DNA from: Ramazzottius varieornatus
Lineage: Eukaryota; Animalia; Tardigrada
NCBI GenBank assembly: GCA_001949185.1
Contig: BDGG01000001.1
Span: 7,514,149 to 7,578,148, forward strand
Reading direction: 5' to 3'
DNA: 64,000 bases
Made by a program: the position numbers and the translations under genes. Numbering within the stretch: position 1 is the first letter of the stretch; the number at the start of each line of letters is the position of its first letter. Below, one piece after another: positions 62,236 through 64,000 of the stretch. The notes below the pieces were generated by a model that was not told where the DNA came from, did not search any database, and saw nothing but the letters and a program-made list of their open reading frames with translations.

Positions 62236-64000
62236 TACGAGGTAGAGGACATTATTCGGACACAGCAAATTTCGCGTCAGAATTCGGACACAGTTGCGGA
62301 ATAGGGAGGCACCACAGTGCGTTCCATCTTATTCACACTGAAGCTGATACCGAACTGCAATTTCGCTCTGGTGCATCTTCTAATATCTGGGTTTGAGCTC
62401 TACATGCCAGATGAGCTTCCCATGAATTTACGTTTTGCCCTGATCGACATCAGCACATCATTAGCACGTCGATAGCTCCTTGAATACCTGAGATGCTGTC
62501 TTCAGCTTAGATAGAGAAGACATGGTTGGGAGATGAAAATATCACACAAAGGGAAGGAGAAAGTAATTGGAAAATTAGCAATGTCGTATTGCATCAGACC
62601 ATGTCGACCATGCGAAATTACGTCATCAAGTAGGTTTCAAGCTGCCTATCAGTTGTAAAACCGAGACCCATGTTAAAACAAGTTTGTGACGTACAGCAAA
62701 TTGTTAATCACGACGACTCAAGCGCCTCTGGTGACCTCACTCACCTCGATTTTGTAGGCTTTTTAACATTAGGAAGACCCTCCCCTTCTTTAGACCGCCT
62801 CTAACAAGTTCTGACCATCCGACGTTCTTGAGACTACAAAGTGCGATAGATAAAGGGATCATCAATCTTGAAAACCAAACATGGGTTTAATACTAATGTT
62901 TTCCGGTTGAATCTCCGTGAGACAACCACGTTTACGTTGTGTTTGACATGCATTTCCGTTGGGGGCAGAAACTCTTAATTTTTAAATGCAGTGCAGTGCG
63001 GTTGCAGTGGGCAAAGTTCCTGAAAAGTCTGGAGTCGTAGCGAAGAGGTACAGCTGATGAGATTTGAGAAGGGCAAGGGAGGGTTTCGGGTTTTTCTTGA
63101 AAATTCTACAGTTGCTGGAAATTGTCAGATTTTGGCGAATTTGGCGAATGAAGGAGCGCATGCCGAGCGCGGTACTAAACTACGACCTGCACCTACCTAC
63201 TGCAGCCCAACGCGCACCAGCGCACATAAATTACGTTATGCGGAGGAAGAAACTGCAACCCTCTTTTCTACGCTAACAAGAAACAACCGTGACAAAACAG
63301 AACGATACACATTAACTTAACTTCCCGAACTAGCTGACTACAGTTCCGCATTGTTACTTGCGCCGTCAGAAAATCACGAAATATGTAATTATGATAGTTT
63401 TACACAAGTAACCGTGTGGAACTGAAGTCTGATAATCGAACGACAACTTGATGGCAATTTCCTTATTTACTGAGCATGATCAAATTTTTTGTATAACTAG
63501 GCAGCATTGTACAATTCCATATGTTGAAGACTATTATCAAACGTGTCAAAGTCTTTCAAGCGTCTCATATTGAAAGCAAAACTCATCAGAACTGCTATAT
63601 TATTTTTCTTCATCTGATATCGCTTTTTCCCAGAGCCCCACGCAACTTACGGGGATGCTTCCGTTGTTGATGTGGTGCCTGTGAGACTAAACAACATCAA
63701 AATTTTTTTGCATCGCGTGCCGGCTTTTATAGGCCAGCTGACACCGTCTATGGGGTATTTTCCCACTTACCCCCTGGCAGCCATCTGGCACGTACGTACA
63801 GCCAGCTGGCTACGAGTGCAGGTTATGTCGTAGCTGCGGCCAATCGCTCCGTTATGCTCCGCCCACACTAGTCAACTGAAAATTTCCAGCAACTCTAGAA
63901 AATTCTCGGCCTTCACATGGCAAGCCCCGACCCCTACCCCTGGGTCACCCTTCCTAGATTTGCTCGACTATGCCTCTACGCCGTGACTCCGAACTTCCCA

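Noticed and set aside
62240-64000. Short ORFs and TGCAG repeats at the window end
   Set aside because: No recognisable domain, splice structure or terminal repeats to support a call.

Overview
Gene-dense eukaryotic (invertebrate animal) genomic DNA with short spliceosomal introns. The compact structure and gene set resemble a tardigrade genome, but this is inference only. Recognisable spliced genes are a class-A GPCR, an SLC46-type MFS transporter, a MYORG-like GH31 glycosidase, a PLPP lipid phosphatase, SLC2A13/HMIT, ENDOV, FBXO31, TBCK, a SMYD methyltransferase and NIM1K. Lineage-specific-looking genes are two small Cys/Trp/Gly-rich peptide paralogs, a GPI-type two-repeat Cys protein, two tandem RRM-RRM-RING paralogs, and a chromodomain/F-box gene split by a transposon. 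Mobile DNA comprises the 5' APE part of a non-LTR retrotransposon, a mariner-type non-autonomous element, and two inverted copies of an intron-containing pogo-like transposon. The most striking unexplained signal is a ~110-130 bp imperfect palindrome (core AAGTGGCGCAC-N~25-GTGCGCCACTT). I counted it by eye at 21 loci (~30 units), 18 of them inside coding-gene introns. It occurs as monomers, dimers and trimers, and several copies carry copy-specific compensatory substitutions in both arms. Gene coordinates are hand-derived; exon boundaries are approximate unless stated.
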